Positions 48,402 to 58,950 of a stretch of 64,000 nucleotides of DNA are shown here, one piece after another. Both the position numbers and the translations under genes were made by a program. Under the pieces are notes generated by a model. It made no database searches. It saw only the letters and a program-made list of their open reading frames with translations, and was not told the origin of the DNA. The DNA lies in IMG/VR virus record IMGVR_UViG_3300013120_000738, positions 124,001 through 188,000 of that record, one strand, 5' to 3'. Position 1 is the first letter of the stretch. Each line of letters starts with the position of its first letter.

Positions 48402-49295
48402 TCAGGACTCTTCCATACGCATGATGTAATCCATCTCCGCTTCCAACTCCTCCACCGGCGACAAGTCCGCGTAAGGATTCGTCGGCTCCGGAACCGTCGC
48501 CACCGGCACATCCCGCGTCAACGGACCTGCCGGGACCGAATCCTGCCACCGCTCCGCGTCCGTCGCCCCAACCAATACCTCCGGATGATCCGCGACAAAC
48601 TCCCGAGTCTCGGCCGCGTTCGGATACCAGGCCCGATAGTTGCTGGCACAGGTCTTGCCGCAGCCCGCGATCTTGGACTGGGCTTGAGTGAGAGCACTCC
48701 AGCAGTAGCAGCACATCCCGGCCTCTTTGCCGATCTCGCTGATGGCCTTCGCGGGATCCTCAGCGATCCGTCGCAGCAAATCCACCACGTCCTGACCGCA
48801 CTCGTTACGCTTCTCGAAGGTACCGGTCGGCTGAATCCAGCCAAAGAAGTCACCCTCGCCGAATCGGTGGGATTCCGCCACCGAGACGCAACCCTTGTTG
48901 CGGGAGCGGGGACCTGCCAGCTTGAGCGTGAACTTGGTCCCGTTCAGATCGATGCGGACTTGGGGATTCTTGAGGCCAGCCCCGCCAGCGTCGCGGCGTG
49001 CTCGGCATTGCTCCATGTGGTCGACGATCGTCTCCATGCCGGTGATCGCCTCGGGCTTGCGATCCGCCAGAAGCGGCTGATCGACCTGGAAGACAAAGAA
49101 ATGAGCCCAAGCGGCCTGATTGGGGAACCATTGGTGGTACTTGGCGTACTTGGCCAGCAGAGTGCCGCCGTATTCGTACGCGAAGTTGCTCTTGAGCGAG
49201 CCCGCCCTGTGGTATTTCGCCAACCGGCGAGCCACTTCAGCATCCTCGTGGGGGCTCTCGAACTCTCCGAAATTCTTGACCTTGTAAGTCGTCAT
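48402..49295 (-). CDS. DUF6011-like Zn-finger domain protein
   Basis: CCYCWSALT..S..AGCGKTCA; AGGAG before ATG 49295. Confidence 0.6.
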   Translation of the reverse strand: MTTYKVKNFGEFESPHEDAEVARRLAKYHRAGSLKSNFAYEYGGTLLAKYAKYHQWFPNQAAWAHFFVFQVDQPLLADRKPEAITGMETIVDHMEQCRARRDAGGAGLKNPQVRIDLNGTKFTLKLAGPRSRNKGCVSVAESHRFGEGDFFGWIQPTGTFEKRNECGQDVVDLLRRIAEDPAKAISEIGKEAGMCCYCWSALTQAQSKIAGCGKTCASNYRAWYPNAAETREFVADHPEVLVGATDAERWQDSVPAGPLTRDVPVATVPEPTNPYADLSPVEELEAEMDYIMRMEES

Positions 49296-49367
49296 CCGAT
49301 CTCTCCTGATAAAAAAGGGTTTCCTGATCAACCCTTTGTGACAGACCATCCCCAGGAGTTAATTCGG

Positions 49368-49616
49368 CTAGGCTACATCTCTAGCCACAATATGGCATTC
49401 AACGCCACTGGGCAGCCGAACGACTGCACCCTTTTGCGTCAAAGCAATTACTGGGACAGGTTCGTCCCATTTGTACCCGTGTTTTCTCAAATACCAAGGA
49501 TTAATTTGACCGAGCCCATAGCCCGATATAAGTCGGACTTGACGCGGCTTACCGGGTATTCCCCAGTATTCTACCGCATGTTTGAACATCTCGCGGATTG
49601 TGTCAGCTCGGGACAC
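49368..49616 (-). CDS. Hypothetical protein
   Basis: ORF within an operon. Confidence 0.6.
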   Translation of the reverse strand: MSRADTIREMFKHAVEYWGIPGKPRQVRLISGYGLGQINPWYLRKHGYKWDEPVPVIALTQKGAVVRLPSGVECHIVARDVA

Positions 49617-49619
49617 GGA

Positions 49620-49865
49620 TTATATCCCTTCCAGAGCATCGAATGCTTCCGCGAAAGCCACCAACAGGCTCTCTTCGTCGTCGGGCGTCTCTTCGATGAA
49701 GGCCTCGATCGTCTCGACCGCGACCGGCTCGAATTCGCCCCTGTAAATGCGGGCCATCTCCTCGCCGAAGGCCTGATGACAGTGCTTGTGCATCATGTCG
49801 CTGCCGAAGGCGATACCATCCGTGACGCGTTCGTCACAATACGGGCAAACAAGTACTTGCTCCAT
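49620..49865 (-). CDS. Hypothetical Zn-binding protein
   Basis: CPYC..HKHC; GGGAG RBS. Confidence 0.65.
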   Translation of the reverse strand: MEQVLVCPYCDERVTDGIAFGSDMMHKHCHQAFGEEMARIYRGEFEPVAVETIEAFIEETPDDEESLLVAFAEAFDALEGI

Positions 49866-50197
49866 GATTCTCTCCCTGTGAGCAAAAGATAGAAACCTCT
49901 GTCACTTGCTTGTGGCAGAGGAATCATCGGGAGTGAAATTCGCAAGATCGGGATCGACGAGACGCGTGCACGCGCAGTGCTGGCTCTCGGTGGAGTTGGC
50001 GTCCTTGATGCGGCCGTCGATGATGAGAACGGAGCAGGGTGTGCCCCACGGCGTCCAGCCCTTGGCCCAAGTGATAGTAGGTTGCTGCTGTCCTTTTGAT
50101 ATCATGACTATCCCTCCTTGGCCCCTTGTGACCAAGCCCCGCTCAGGGGTAAATCCTAGGGATAGCCCTTTGATCGAGCGTTTAGAACAGCCTCCCT

Positions 50198-50636
50198 CTA
50201 TTCTATCTTTGGGTAGCCGTCGTAGTCCTCGTAATCCGCCGGGAAGATGTCAGGACGTGCTTCTAGGAGATCATCCCACGTCGCGTCCGGATTCTCCTCG
50301 ACGACCGGTACAACGGCAGCATCCCAAATCTCGTCGACCAACTCCTCGGTATCCATCCTAGTTAAAGGAGCAACGCCATCCATCAACATACCATGAAGCT
50401 CTTCACGAAGATCGCTAGCTTTCATCCAGGTCAGACGCATAGCATGCCAACGACCAAGAATACAAGCGAGCTCGTGCTTGAGATCGTTGTCGACGACGCA
50501 ATCCTTGAACTCTTTCGCAGATATGTCGTACTCTCTCACGATACGGAGCGGATACCGCTTGACCAGACCCCGAGCGTATTCGAGAATCTGGTCTTTGGTC
50601 ACTTCGAGTTCAGATAGGAGTAATTTCTGCTTCACG
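50198..50636 (-). CDS. Hypothetical protein (probable GTG start, VKQKLL)
   Basis: GGAGG upstream; C-terminal part of ORF 50198-50722. Confidence 0.6.
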
Positions 50637-51065
50637 TCAGCCCTCCACGGTCTGATAGAATTGCTCGGACTCGATCTCCTCTTCCTCGAGGCGTTTCTCA
50701 ATGAGCTGCTGATCCGTGGCACCGGCCGCGATCGCCTTCCGGTACGCGGCGGCGGCCTGATACAGCCACTCCCACACTTTCAACTGTCCGGTCCGCTCAT
50801 AAGGTGTGCTGACCTCTTCGTCGTCCAAGACGTCCTCGGCCGCGTACTGCAAAGCACTGAGCTCGGCCTGAGCCTTCTCCAAGTCCTCGTGCAGGTCCTG
50901 GATGGTCTTCTGAGCGTCCCGAAACCAGAATTCGAGGGCACCGAAGGCAAAGACGTACTCGCTCGTTCCGAACTCGTCCTCGGCCTTCTTCGCCTTGCCG
51001 TCCTCGACAAGAGCGTCGGGATCGACGGCCAAGACTTTCTTCATCCTCTCGCTATACCACACCAT
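50637..51065 (-). CDS. Hypothetical coiled-coil protein
   Basis: AGGAG RBS; promoter at ~51107. Confidence 0.75.
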   Translation of the reverse strand: MVWYSERMKKVLAVDPDALVEDGKAKKAEDEFGTSEYVFAFGALEFWFRDAQKTIQDLHEDLEKAQAELSALQYAAEDVLDDEEVSTPYERTGQLKVWEWLYQAAAAYRKAIAAGATDQQLIEKRLEEEEIESEQFYQTVEG

Positions 51066-51212
51066 CGCGTCTCTCCTGATAAGAGTGTAGAACCGCCATT
51101 GGTGTACTGTGACAGACCGCGACGCGAAGTGAAATCAAGGGCGGCTCACCTCCCATGGGCCTGTTGCAGGTGCGACCTGCTCACCACAACGAGTCTGTTG
51201 CCGCCATCGATC

Positions 51213-51491
51213 CTAGTCACGCGGGAAGAATTGATCCGCAATCCGCTGCAACAGGATCTCGTCGTCCGTCAAGATGAACAACGAGTGCACGTGGCCATCG
51301 TCGTAGAACGAAACGTGAGCCTCCTGATCGTCGGCCTTGACCAACATACCGCACAAGCCCTCGCTGTCGTCGACCTCAACGACCGTCAACTCGCCAGAGG
51401 CGGAATCGATGCATCCGAGCGGTAACAGTGTCACATCGCAACCATCGGCTTCCAAACGCTCCACAATACCCAGAATCTTGTCGCTTGCCAT
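51213..51491 (-). CDS. Acidic hypothetical protein
   Basis: GAGGAG RBS; promoter at ~51541. Confidence 0.7.
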   Translation of the reverse strand: MASDKILGIVERLEADGCDVTLLPLGCIDSASGELTVVEVDDSEGLCGMLVKADDQEAHVSFYDDGHVHSLFILTDDEILLQRIADQFFPRD

Positions 51492-51569
51492 ATCACCAAG
51501 CTCCTCGTGTTGAAGTAATACTACCGATCCTAAAGCCGCTTGTGACAGACAATACCCCGGATGGTAAAT

Positions 51570-51789
51570 CTAGCCGAATAATCCGCCACCGGTCGGCTGA
51601 TTGTCCTTCGCGAATTGGCAGGCCTCCTCGTAGATGGCCGGGAGCTCATGGTCCTCGGAATAGCTCCAACCTTTCACAGAGACCGGGGTTAAACCACACT
51701 TGTTCGTGACACCGACATGTCTGATGTCGGGCGTGACAATCACATCCAACTTACCCACTTTCGTCGAGTGAGGTATCCTTTCGCTCATG
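51570..51789 (-). CDS. Hypothetical protein (MSERIPH...)
   Basis: ORF 51570-51830; internal ATG. Confidence 0.5.
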
Positions 51790-52350
51790 CGATTCCCTTT
51801 CTGGAACAAGACCGTACTTTGCGAGTACATCGGTCATGTGTTGAATGTAATCGGCCCCGCTCACCGGCTTATCAAGATTGTAAAATTCATTCCCATCAAC
51901 CAGGTCAAGAAATAACCCGTCGCGTGCATGGTGTACAATCTCAAGGAGTCCTTCCACGCTCACCGCTTCCACACGCCCCACGCGTACGCTCGCGATTTCC
52001 TCCATGGAAATCGGCTGGACATTAACATGGTATCTATACTCCCCAGTACAAGCACTTCCGGCCATGTAACCGGAATTCTCTTCAAAGGAGAGACCAGAGG
52101 CATCCCAGTTACCATCGGACGACTCAAAATCAACCCAAGGATGTTGCGGTGTCCACTGTTTCGCAATCAACTTCTTGCAGTCATCAGCAGTACACCGGAG
52201 CCAAGCGTTGTCCTCATACGACTCACCACAGAGCCAAAGAACAAGAGCTGCGATCGGCGTTTCAGCCTCAATAGTCTCGTCGGCCTGTAGAGTAGGATCC
52301 CCCATAGTATCCTCATGCCGAACCAAGCAGGTCAACCGCCATTTATTCAT
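51751..52350 (-). CDS. Hypothetical protein
   Basis: 199 aa ORF. Confidence 0.65.
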   Translation of the reverse strand: MNKWRLTCLVRHEDTMGDPTLQADETIEAETPIAALVLWLCGESYEDNAWLRCTADDCKKLIAKQWTPQHPWVDFESSDGNWDASGLSFEENSGYMAGSACTGEYRYHVNVQPISMEEIASVRVGRVEAVSVEGLLEIVHHARDGLFLDLVDGNEFYNLDKPVSGADYIQHMTDVLAKYGLVPERESHERKDTSLDESG

Positions 52351-52476
52351 GCTTGTCCCCCCAACGCGTCTGAGTCCTTATGAATTCAACGATCGTGTCG
52401 GGGCAGTTCTCCAACTGCCCAACAATCGTACGAAGGTCAGGCAAATCAAGGCCCTTCAAGTTCTCCTGTGCCGCCT

Positions 52477-52938
52477 TCAAGAGCTCAACAATTCCTGGTC
52501 GCCTCGGGTCGGAGCGTCCAACCACCCAACCATCGCCTCAAGAGCCGTACTGATGTCCGCCATCGCCTCAAGAGCCGTACTGATGTCCGCTCGAGACAGC
52601 AACTCGGTAACCCGCGACAAGTCCTCAAGATTCATCTTGCCGAGGATTTTCGTGATCTGGCGGGTGGTGTTCAGTCTCGCGGCGTACTCGTCGGCTGCGG
52701 TTTTGGAGAGGAATACCGTGTACTCATCTTCGAGTTCCGGCTTGGTGCCACGAATGAGGCTGTAGAAAGCCTTGAGATCGTATTCGGCTGATGTCGCCGC
52801 ACCTGTCTTCGGTTCGCAGACGACGTACAGAATGTCGACTGGGCGGGAGTATAATTCCTCCCAGTCGGCTACCGACTCGCGAAGTACTCGAAATTCGTCT
52901 GCGACTTTACGTTGGTCTCGGAGTTCTTGGGATAGCAT
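52477..52938 (-). CDS. Hypothetical protein with an exact 10-aa tandem duplication
   Basis: ADISTALEAM twice; GGAG RBS. Confidence 0.7.
   Translation of the reverse strand: MLSQELRDQRKVADEFRVLRESVADWEELYSRPVDILYVVCEPKTGAATSAEYDLKAFYSLIRGTKPELEDEYTVFLSKTAADEYAARLNTTRQITKILGKMNLEDLSRVTELLSRADISTALEAMADISTALEAMVGWLDAPTRGDQELLSS
52531..52590. repeat. 30-bp exact tandem duplication
   Basis: CATCGCCTCAAGAGCCGTACTGATGTCCGC x2. Confidence 0.95.
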
Positions 52939-53157
52939 TTACCTGCTCCTTAGGTGGGCTCGCTTTGCGAGTCTTTGGGCCTCGGGATCGTCAGGGATCA
53001 TCATGAGGGTCGCGGCACAGCCCTTGCTTGCGGTGCCGATCATATAACCCGTTTGTTTTGTCGCTGTGCTACAGCTTACGCATGTGGTTGTCTCCGGCAG
53101 TGCTTCGAGTCGTGCGGCGGGGATCGGCTCCCCGCAGGCCTCGCAGTTTCTCTCCAT
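52939..53157 (-). CDS. TraR/DksA C4 zinc-finger protein
   Basis: CEACGEPIPAARLEALPETTTCVSC; AGGAG RBS; promoter at ~53193. Confidence 0.88.
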   Translation of the reverse strand: MERNCEACGEPIPAARLEALPETTTCVSCSTATKQTGYMIGTASKGCAATLMMIPDDPEAQRLAKRAHLRSR

Positions 53158-53221
53158 CGCTCTCTCCTGTGGATAGGGTTCTTCTGCCCGCTTGTGACAG
53201 GGGAATCCCCAGGAGTTAATA

Positions 53222-53512
53222 CTAGCTAAGGGCTATCTCTCGGATGTCGTTCTTAATGAATGTGAGGAAGATGTGGCTGTCATTACCCGCGTCGGCGTCG
53301 GTAACTTCCAGGTCTCCCCATGGGGCTTCCGCTTCCTTGATCACGATGTCGTCCGCCTCAGACCCGTCGAAAGTCCTCATAAAGTACGCGACGAGGAGCG
53401 GATCTCGCTCAATGGGATCATCGGGGACGAATAATAGGGTTTCGTCCGGCCTTGATGGGCAATTCTGGCACTCCACATAAGCAACAACGATCGCGAATTT
53501 GCCTTTTTGCAT
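53222..53512 (-). CDS. Hypothetical protein (MQKGKFAI...)
   Basis: GGAG RBS. Confidence 0.65.
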   Translation of the reverse strand: MQKGKFAIVVAYVECQNCPSRPDETLLFVPDDPIERDPLLVAYFMRTFDGSEADDIVIKEAEAPWGDLEVTDADAGNDSHIFLTFIKNDIREIALS

Positions 53513-53532
53513 GTTTTTGTCTCCAAAGAAAC

Positions 53533-53562
53533 ACCGGGATGATGGGTGCACCCACCATCCCG
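53533..53562. terminator. Hairpin
   Basis: CCGGGATG.TGGG-TGCA-CCCA.CATCCCGG. Confidence 0.5.
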
Positions 53563-53865
53563 GCTGGATAACCGATTCTCGATGTCCTAGACTACCGACT
53601 ACTCATCGCCAGCGGCCAGCGGGGGCGTGCATCTGACGCAGCCCGCTCGGCGGAAATCAGGCTCCTAGCCAGTAGCGTCAACAAATCACCAAATCTCGAT
53701 CATCCTATCCTCCATCTGTGAAAAGCGGCGGGGCGGCCCCTGGTACGTGCTGTGACGCCTCCCAGGAGCCGCCAGGGCGACGACCCCGGCCTAGGGAAAG
53801 CTTACTCTGTCACCCCCGCTCCGCCACATGCGAATCTAAAGGGTTCCGACCATGTGCACGAGTAC

Positions 53866-54054
53866 TTACCCAAACCCACGCAAAGACGCCCAACCGGGCA
53901 GCAACGCTAGAGCCAAAGTGGAAGCACGAAAAACCGTGCACACGGTCTGAACTCGAGTCTTACATCGCGGCGGCCGACTGGCGGGATCGTCGCAACAACC
54001 TTTGACGACTCCCGCCAGCGACGCAACCGCGATAATGATAATCAGTCCGTGCAA
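53866..54054 (-). CDS. Small membrane/lipoprotein-like protein
   Basis: MHGLIIIIAVASLAGVVKGCC; GAGGAG; promoter at ~54077. Confidence 0.55.
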   Translation of the reverse strand: MHGLIIIIAVASLAGVVKGCCDDPASRPPRCKTRVQTVCTVFRASTLALALLPGWASLRGFG

Positions 54055-54098
54055 AACTTGTCCCTCCTCAACCCACTGTGACCAACCATCCCCAGGGA

Positions 54099-54731
54099 TT
54101 AAACTCCTAAATCAGCTATCCGATGATGATACGGACAAAGCAAAAGCGTTTTATCATGATCTAAAGGATCATCACCAAAATGATGCATATCAACCATTCG
54201 TCGGTCACCCTTTAAATCCAAATCACAACCAGACGGATGTTGGCAGACAATACCAAATTTAGTTAAAAGCTCATCTTTCTTGATCATGTGCTCCCGACGA
54301 TTTTTGGTTTGTCTCTTCTGCCTTTCCACACCAGTAAACTCGAAATCTCTCTTACACTTTTTGTCGCAGAAGTTATTCTTACACCGTTTGACTTGTGAAG
54401 GAATTCTCTCAAGTTCCTTCCCACAAGTTGCACAGCAAACCACAATCTTCCCGCTGCTACGTAAAGAATTACCATGTTTTGCCGTGCAACTAAGCGAACA
54501 GAATCTAGCTCTCCCTCGCTTTAAATCTGCTGGTCTTGCGTCAAACTCGACGCCACATTGTTCACATTTTGTTTTCATCGCTTCCACCTCCACTTTATTT
54601 TTGATGGAAGTGGAAGCGACAACAGTGGAGATGTCGCCATCGAAGGCGAGTCCAGTGTCTTTGCTGACCAATCCCACAGGGTCTTGCTGAGGCAATTTAC
54701 TGCGGCGAGCTACCACGCTCAGATTCGTCAC
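54099..54731 (-). CDS. HNH endonuclease with repeated Cys Zn-fingers (start uncertain)
   Basis: CEQCG..FCSLSC, CATCG..FCDKKC, DMHH..LLLCPYHHR; AT-rich. Confidence 0.7.
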   Translation of the reverse strand: MTNLSVVARRSKLPQQDPVGLVSKDTGLAFDGDISTVVASTSIKNKVEVEAMKTKCEQCGVEFDARPADLKRGRARFCSLSCTAKHGNSLRSSGKIVVCCATCGKELERIPSQVKRCKNNFCDKKCKRDFEFTGVERQKRQTKNRREHMIKKDELLTKFGIVCQHPSGCDLDLKGDRRMVDMHHFGDDPLDHDKTLLLCPYHHRIADLGV

Positions 54732-55053
54732 TCGGAGACCTGTCGATACCTGTCATCCCCTCCTCTTCGAAGCCAGCATCATCCGGCTCCCACTGAAACG
54801 AAAAATCCTCATACTCCCAGTCACCAGCAATACCACCGGCACGGGCTCGATCAACAACAGCGTGAATTTGAGGACCTAATTCCTCATCCCACTCAATACG
54901 CGGATCAAGCGACTGAATTTCTCGCCTCTTCATCGCCTCCATCGTCGCATCATAGTCCTCGAACCGGAAGGTCCCATAGACTGTGCGAGTGTCGCCGTTA
55001 GACGCTCGGTATCGCTTGGAGACGCGACGCTCGTAAGGGTTGTCGCTTGGCAC
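54697..55053 (-). CDS. Hypothetical protein
   Basis: GGAGG RBS. Confidence 0.65.
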   Translation of the reverse strand: MPSDNPYERRVSKRYRASNGDTRTVYGTFRFEDYDATMEAMKRREIQSLDPRIEWDEELGPQIHAVVDRARAGGIAGDWEYEDFSFQWEPDDAGFEEEGMTGIDRSPSDESERGSSPQ

Positions 55054-55264
55054 TTACTTCCTCCTTCCAACGCTTAATGCAATCCAAGCAAGCACCCTCG
55101 ACGTCGGGATCGATCCAGAACACAAATTCGAGCTCCTCATCGTCCGTCACCAGTGCTTGCGGGATTGTGCCGTGACAATCCGGATATAGGTGCCAGTAGC
55201 CGTCCAAGCCGACGTATCGGCCATCCTCAACGATCTTCTGGCTCAAACTACCCATCCAAGACAT
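54998..55264 (-). CDS. Hypothetical protein
   Basis: GGAGG RBS; promoter at ~55287. Confidence 0.65.
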   Translation of the reverse strand: MSWMGSLSQKIVEDGRYVGLDGYWHLYPDCHGTIPQALVTDDEELEFVFWIDPDVEGACLDCIKRWKEEVSAKRQPLRASRLQAIPSV

Positions 55265-55691
55265 GCTCTTGTCCTCCTGCCCACCTGTGACGAACCCACC
55301 GTCAGAGGTAAATTAACGATAGTTCGCCGAACAGCCACCAATACTGTCGATGAACTGGTGCTCTACACCGCCATTCCGAGCAGTGATAACCGCATTACTG
55401 ACCGATCCCGGCCGCGACGGACGAGCCAAAAAACGACACTTCGGACGACACTTCGGACACTCCGAATGTTCTTTAAAGTCAAACTGTGTCCCACAATGCT
55501 GACACTCGATCATGATAATTCTCCTTTTGAAGGGACGCCAAGGTTGGCTATCTGACCGCTGCCACAAGTACTTGTGGCCAGTGCTAAAGAGCTGGCCCGC
55601 TCCCTGCCACCTTTATCGCGCGTTACCAACCCTGGCGTCCGCTCAAAAGAATGGCCGGGGGCTTTCGCCCCCGGCCCAGAACATCACACCC

Positions 55692-56918
55692 TTAGTTCTG
55701 TGCGTGATCCGAACCCGTCAGGCCCGCACCCATCTTCGCCGTCACCAAGAAGTCCGAGAAATCCTCGAACTTCTCCTTGGTGCCCTCCATGTCGTACTCG
55801 CCGCTGATCAGCGAGCCAACCCACGCGTTCAGGCGTCGGGAACCCTCCGTGCTGGCGTAATGCGTCGCCACTTCCGTCGCGAAGTTGATGCTGTCGTAGA
55901 CCGTCGCCTTGGTCGGGAGGGTCTTCTGTCGCTTGTGCGACAAAGCATCGAGATTGGCCAGCCCATACAGGTGACTCGTGTCCCCCGTCATCGTGTGAAA
56001 GGCCTTGATAACCGGCGAGCCGATCACATCCGTATCCTCGCCCAACGAGGACTGTGCACGACCTTCCGGCGTCGACAACGCCCAACCCTGGAGTCCAGGG
56101 GACTTCTTCAAGGACGGCTCGTCCACGCCGACGATCTGCTTGTTGGCGTGCAGCTTCACGAGCAACTGGTAGAGCATGTTGCTCTCGTAGACCGACGCCC
56201 AGGACGTCGTAGCCGCTTCCATCCGCTGGCGGAGAGCCGCGTAGCCCTCGTCGTTGCCGAAACCATCCAAGGCCCGTGTGATCGCCGGAGTGACATCCTC
56301 CCCACCCTTGCCGATGCTCAACTGGCTGCGGAACGCCTTGGCGAATCCGATCATGCCATTCGAGCAGATCTGGCGAAGCAGCGAGAGGTAGATGTTCGGG
56401 CTCCCGTACCCGTCGACGGGCGTCCTCATGAGAAAACGATTCGAGAACATGTCGCCCGCGACGTCGAAGTTATTCGAGCCAGTTCGGGGCGTGTGGGTGG
56501 ACTCCACGATGCCGTCGTGGTAGCCGATCTCCTGCCCATGGTATCGTTCGAGCAGATCCACGATGTCGTCGAAGCCCACGACCGGCCGCGTCGGCATGCT
56601 GGCGGCCCGCAAAGTCGTCTTGCCGGTCTGCTGATCCTTCTCGATGCAGACACGCAAGCGATCGTTCTGCTCCCGCTCCGCGATGCGGTTGAAAACCTCA
56701 TCGTGATCGAAGTACTTGAAGCAGTTCGAACCGATGCCGAAACGAGCGAAGAGACTCGTCCAGAACCGGTCGGACGGCTGGTGCTTCTCGTCCTGCACGA
56801 CCACGCCCGTCACGGTCTTGCGACCGGACTTCGCGTCTGTCTCCTGTTCCACGACGATGTCATTGATCGGCGTGATCCGGTAGTCGAACGAGTAGCGTTC
56901 GGTGAGAGAAGTAGTCAT
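55692..56918 (-). CDS. DUF932-like protein
   Basis: DGYGSP..LLRQICSNGMI resembles the DUF932 RxxCxNG motif; GGAGG before ATG 56918. Confidence 0.55.
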   Translation of the reverse strand: MTTSLTERYSFDYRITPINDIVVEQETDAKSGRKTVTGVVVQDEKHQPSDRFWTSLFARFGIGSNCFKYFDHDEVFNRIAEREQNDRLRVCIEKDQQTGKTTLRAASMPTRPVVGFDDIVDLLERYHGQEIGYHDGIVESTHTPRTGSNNFDVAGDMFSNRFLMRTPVDGYGSPNIYLSLLRQICSNGMIGFAKAFRSQLSIGKGGEDVTPAITRALDGFGNDEGYAALRQRMEAATTSWASVYESNMLYQLLVKLHANKQIVGVDEPSLKKSPGLQGWALSTPEGRAQSSLGEDTDVIGSPVIKAFHTMTGDTSHLYGLANLDALSHKRQKTLPTKATVYDSINFATEVATHYASTEGSRRLNAWVGSLISGEYDMEGTKEKFEDFSDFLVTAKMGAGLTGSDHAQN

Positions 56919-57181
56919 AGGTCTGAAACCTCCGAAAAAGGGTGTGAAAAATGTGGGGGATTGCCCCCGTCCAGTATCCTGTGACCAACCCATACTAGGC
57001 GGTTAAATCCAGGGGACTATTGGGCGATTATCGCGGCCACCAGTCGTACAAACGCTAGGACTAATCCCAAATGCCAAAACGGCCAAACCATAATGTTCGT
57101 ACCTATGGGTCACCAACCGATAATCCCCCATACCCCTTTCAAATACGTTCGGACAGAATCCCCAGGATTATCCCCTGGGGC

Positions 57182-57489
57182 TCACCCCAAATTCTCCTCG
57201 ATCGCGATGAAAATGTCTTCGAGATCGAACCCATCGTTGATCTGGCAATCATCCTCCCAGACGTCGTCCGGACTCTCGACCGGATGAGGACCATAAAAGA
57301 AGGTCTCGTCGCCAGCATTCCTCGCCACAAAAAAGCTGGCAAGGACTACCCCATCTTCCTCAAGATGATAAAGAAGGGCATGCCGAGGATTCTCGCTGAG
57401 GTACTCGAACAGCTCGTCGAGAGACCTTTGCTGGCGATTATCCTCGAACACGCCACTATCTTCGCCAAACGAACACAAATACGTTGTCA
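57182..57489 (-). CDS. Acidic hypothetical protein (probable GTG start)
   Basis: AAGGAG upstream of VTTYLCSF. Confidence 0.6.
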
Positions 57490-57567
57490 CTGTCTTGCTC
57501 CTTGATAGAAGAAACTGGCGACGCCCAAGACCACCCTGGACGCCGCCAGCCCCAAGCACAGGATACG

Positions 57568-58734
57568 CTAGAAGCGAAGCCGCCTCGCCTTCTTGTCCTT
57601 CCGGTTGAGAATGAACTGAGGCATCTCAACCGGTGTGGTAGCGATAGCAATCCTCGCCTGATTGTTGATCTCCTGCAGATGCGGATTCACCCGCAAAGTC
57701 CGCCACTCGCTCTCCTGCCAGAGATACTGCTGCTCCGGCATCGCAGTCCGAATCATCGGCCAGCGAGTATTCTTCGACTGAACCACCTGCTTGTGGCCCA
57801 ATCCTGAATACTGCCGGAACACCCGACCACTCATTTGCATCGTCGGACCCTTCCCCGAATCCCTCACCCACGCCGTAGCCAACGAAGGCTCATCAAAACC
57901 CTCCGTCAAGACCATGCAATTAATGAGACAAGGAATGTCGCCAGCCCGAAACGCCTGAAGTTTGTCCTCAGTCACCTTCGGCTCTCCACCGCGTACGACG
58001 TCGCTGACGATCCCTCGCTTCTGGAAGAGGTTGTGTAGCTCAAAACACTGCTCCAACTCCAGAAAGTAGAAGATCGACTTGCCCCAGCGATCCGGCTCAG
58101 CACAATAGAAATCGCAAATGGTCTCCGGATCCCACTTCGGGATCGAGAAATGGTGGTACTTGCTGAGGAAGCCATCCTGAATCAACTGATGGATACCCGC
58201 GTCCTTGATGACCTTCGAGAAGCAAAGCTTCATGCTGTCGGTCCGAAAGGGCGTCGCAGTCAGCCCAAGAACGAAGTCCGGCTCAATCGTGTTGTGCAAG
58301 TGAGTGCACGAGCTTGCGGCGTCGTGTTGTGCTTCGTCTATTATCATGAGGACCTTCTTACCGGCCTGTTTGGCGGCCAGAAGCTTCTCAGGATAACGAT
58401 CGAACATCGACGTCGGGTGAAAATCCTGTAGGTCGATACCCTTCTGTGTGTTCTCGCGGCCAACCTGTCCAAGAAGGTTCCGCCGCATCGCCACCCAGCC
58501 CGTAACAAGATCAGGGAACTGAGAGCGGAGAACTTTCGCCAGAACGAGCCCCATGATGGACTTGCCGCTGCCGGTGGGACTCTCCACCATCACCGACTGC
58601 ACAGCCGGTTCGATCTCGTCGGCACCGTTCACATACTTGCCAGTGAACATGTCCACAGCTTTACCAACGATCCGACGCTGGTAGGGGCGTGGCTCCACAC
58701 CTGTGCCGCTAATCGCGGCCTCGATCCGTTTCAT
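57568..58734 (-). CDS. SF2 DEAD/DEAH-box helicase
   Basis: PTGSGKS, DEAQH, LTAT, LTEGFD, QMSGR. Confidence 0.93.
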   Translation of the reverse strand: MKRIEAAISGTGVEPRPYQRRIVGKAVDMFTGKYVNGADEIEPAVQSVMVESPTGSGKSIMGLVLAKVLRSQFPDLVTGWVAMRRNLLGQVGRENTQKGIDLQDFHPTSMFDRYPEKLLAAKQAGKKVLMIIDEAQHDAASSCTHLHNTIEPDFVLGLTATPFRTDSMKLCFSKVIKDAGIHQLIQDGFLSKYHHFSIPKWDPETICDFYCAEPDRWGKSIFYFLELEQCFELHNLFQKRGIVSDVVRGGEPKVTEDKLQAFRAGDIPCLINCMVLTEGFDEPSLATAWVRDSGKGPTMQMSGRVFRQYSGLGHKQVVQSKNTRWPMIRTAMPEQQYLWQESEWRTLRVNPHLQEINNQARIAIATTPVEMPQFILNRKDKKARRLRF

Positions 58735-58950
58735 AGCTGTCTCCTGTGCTTGGAATACACGAACTTATCCTGTGTACTCCTGTGACGAGCAACCCCCCAG
58801 GAGGTAAATCAAGCAGCCCAAGCCCAACGAATACTAGTCGTCGCGTCCTTACCATTCGAAGGATGATATACCGTATACCAACCCTTCACAACAGCGACAA
58901 CAATGAAACCCCTGTACGGACCTTCCTCGATCGTGTCGTCGACCTTGTAC

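Noticed and set aside
46311-56984. Long plus-strand ORFs (46311-47420, 48585-49892, 50478-51425, 55512-56984)
   Set aside because: Antisense shadows of GC-rich minus-strand genes that have RBS, promoters and recognisable motifs.
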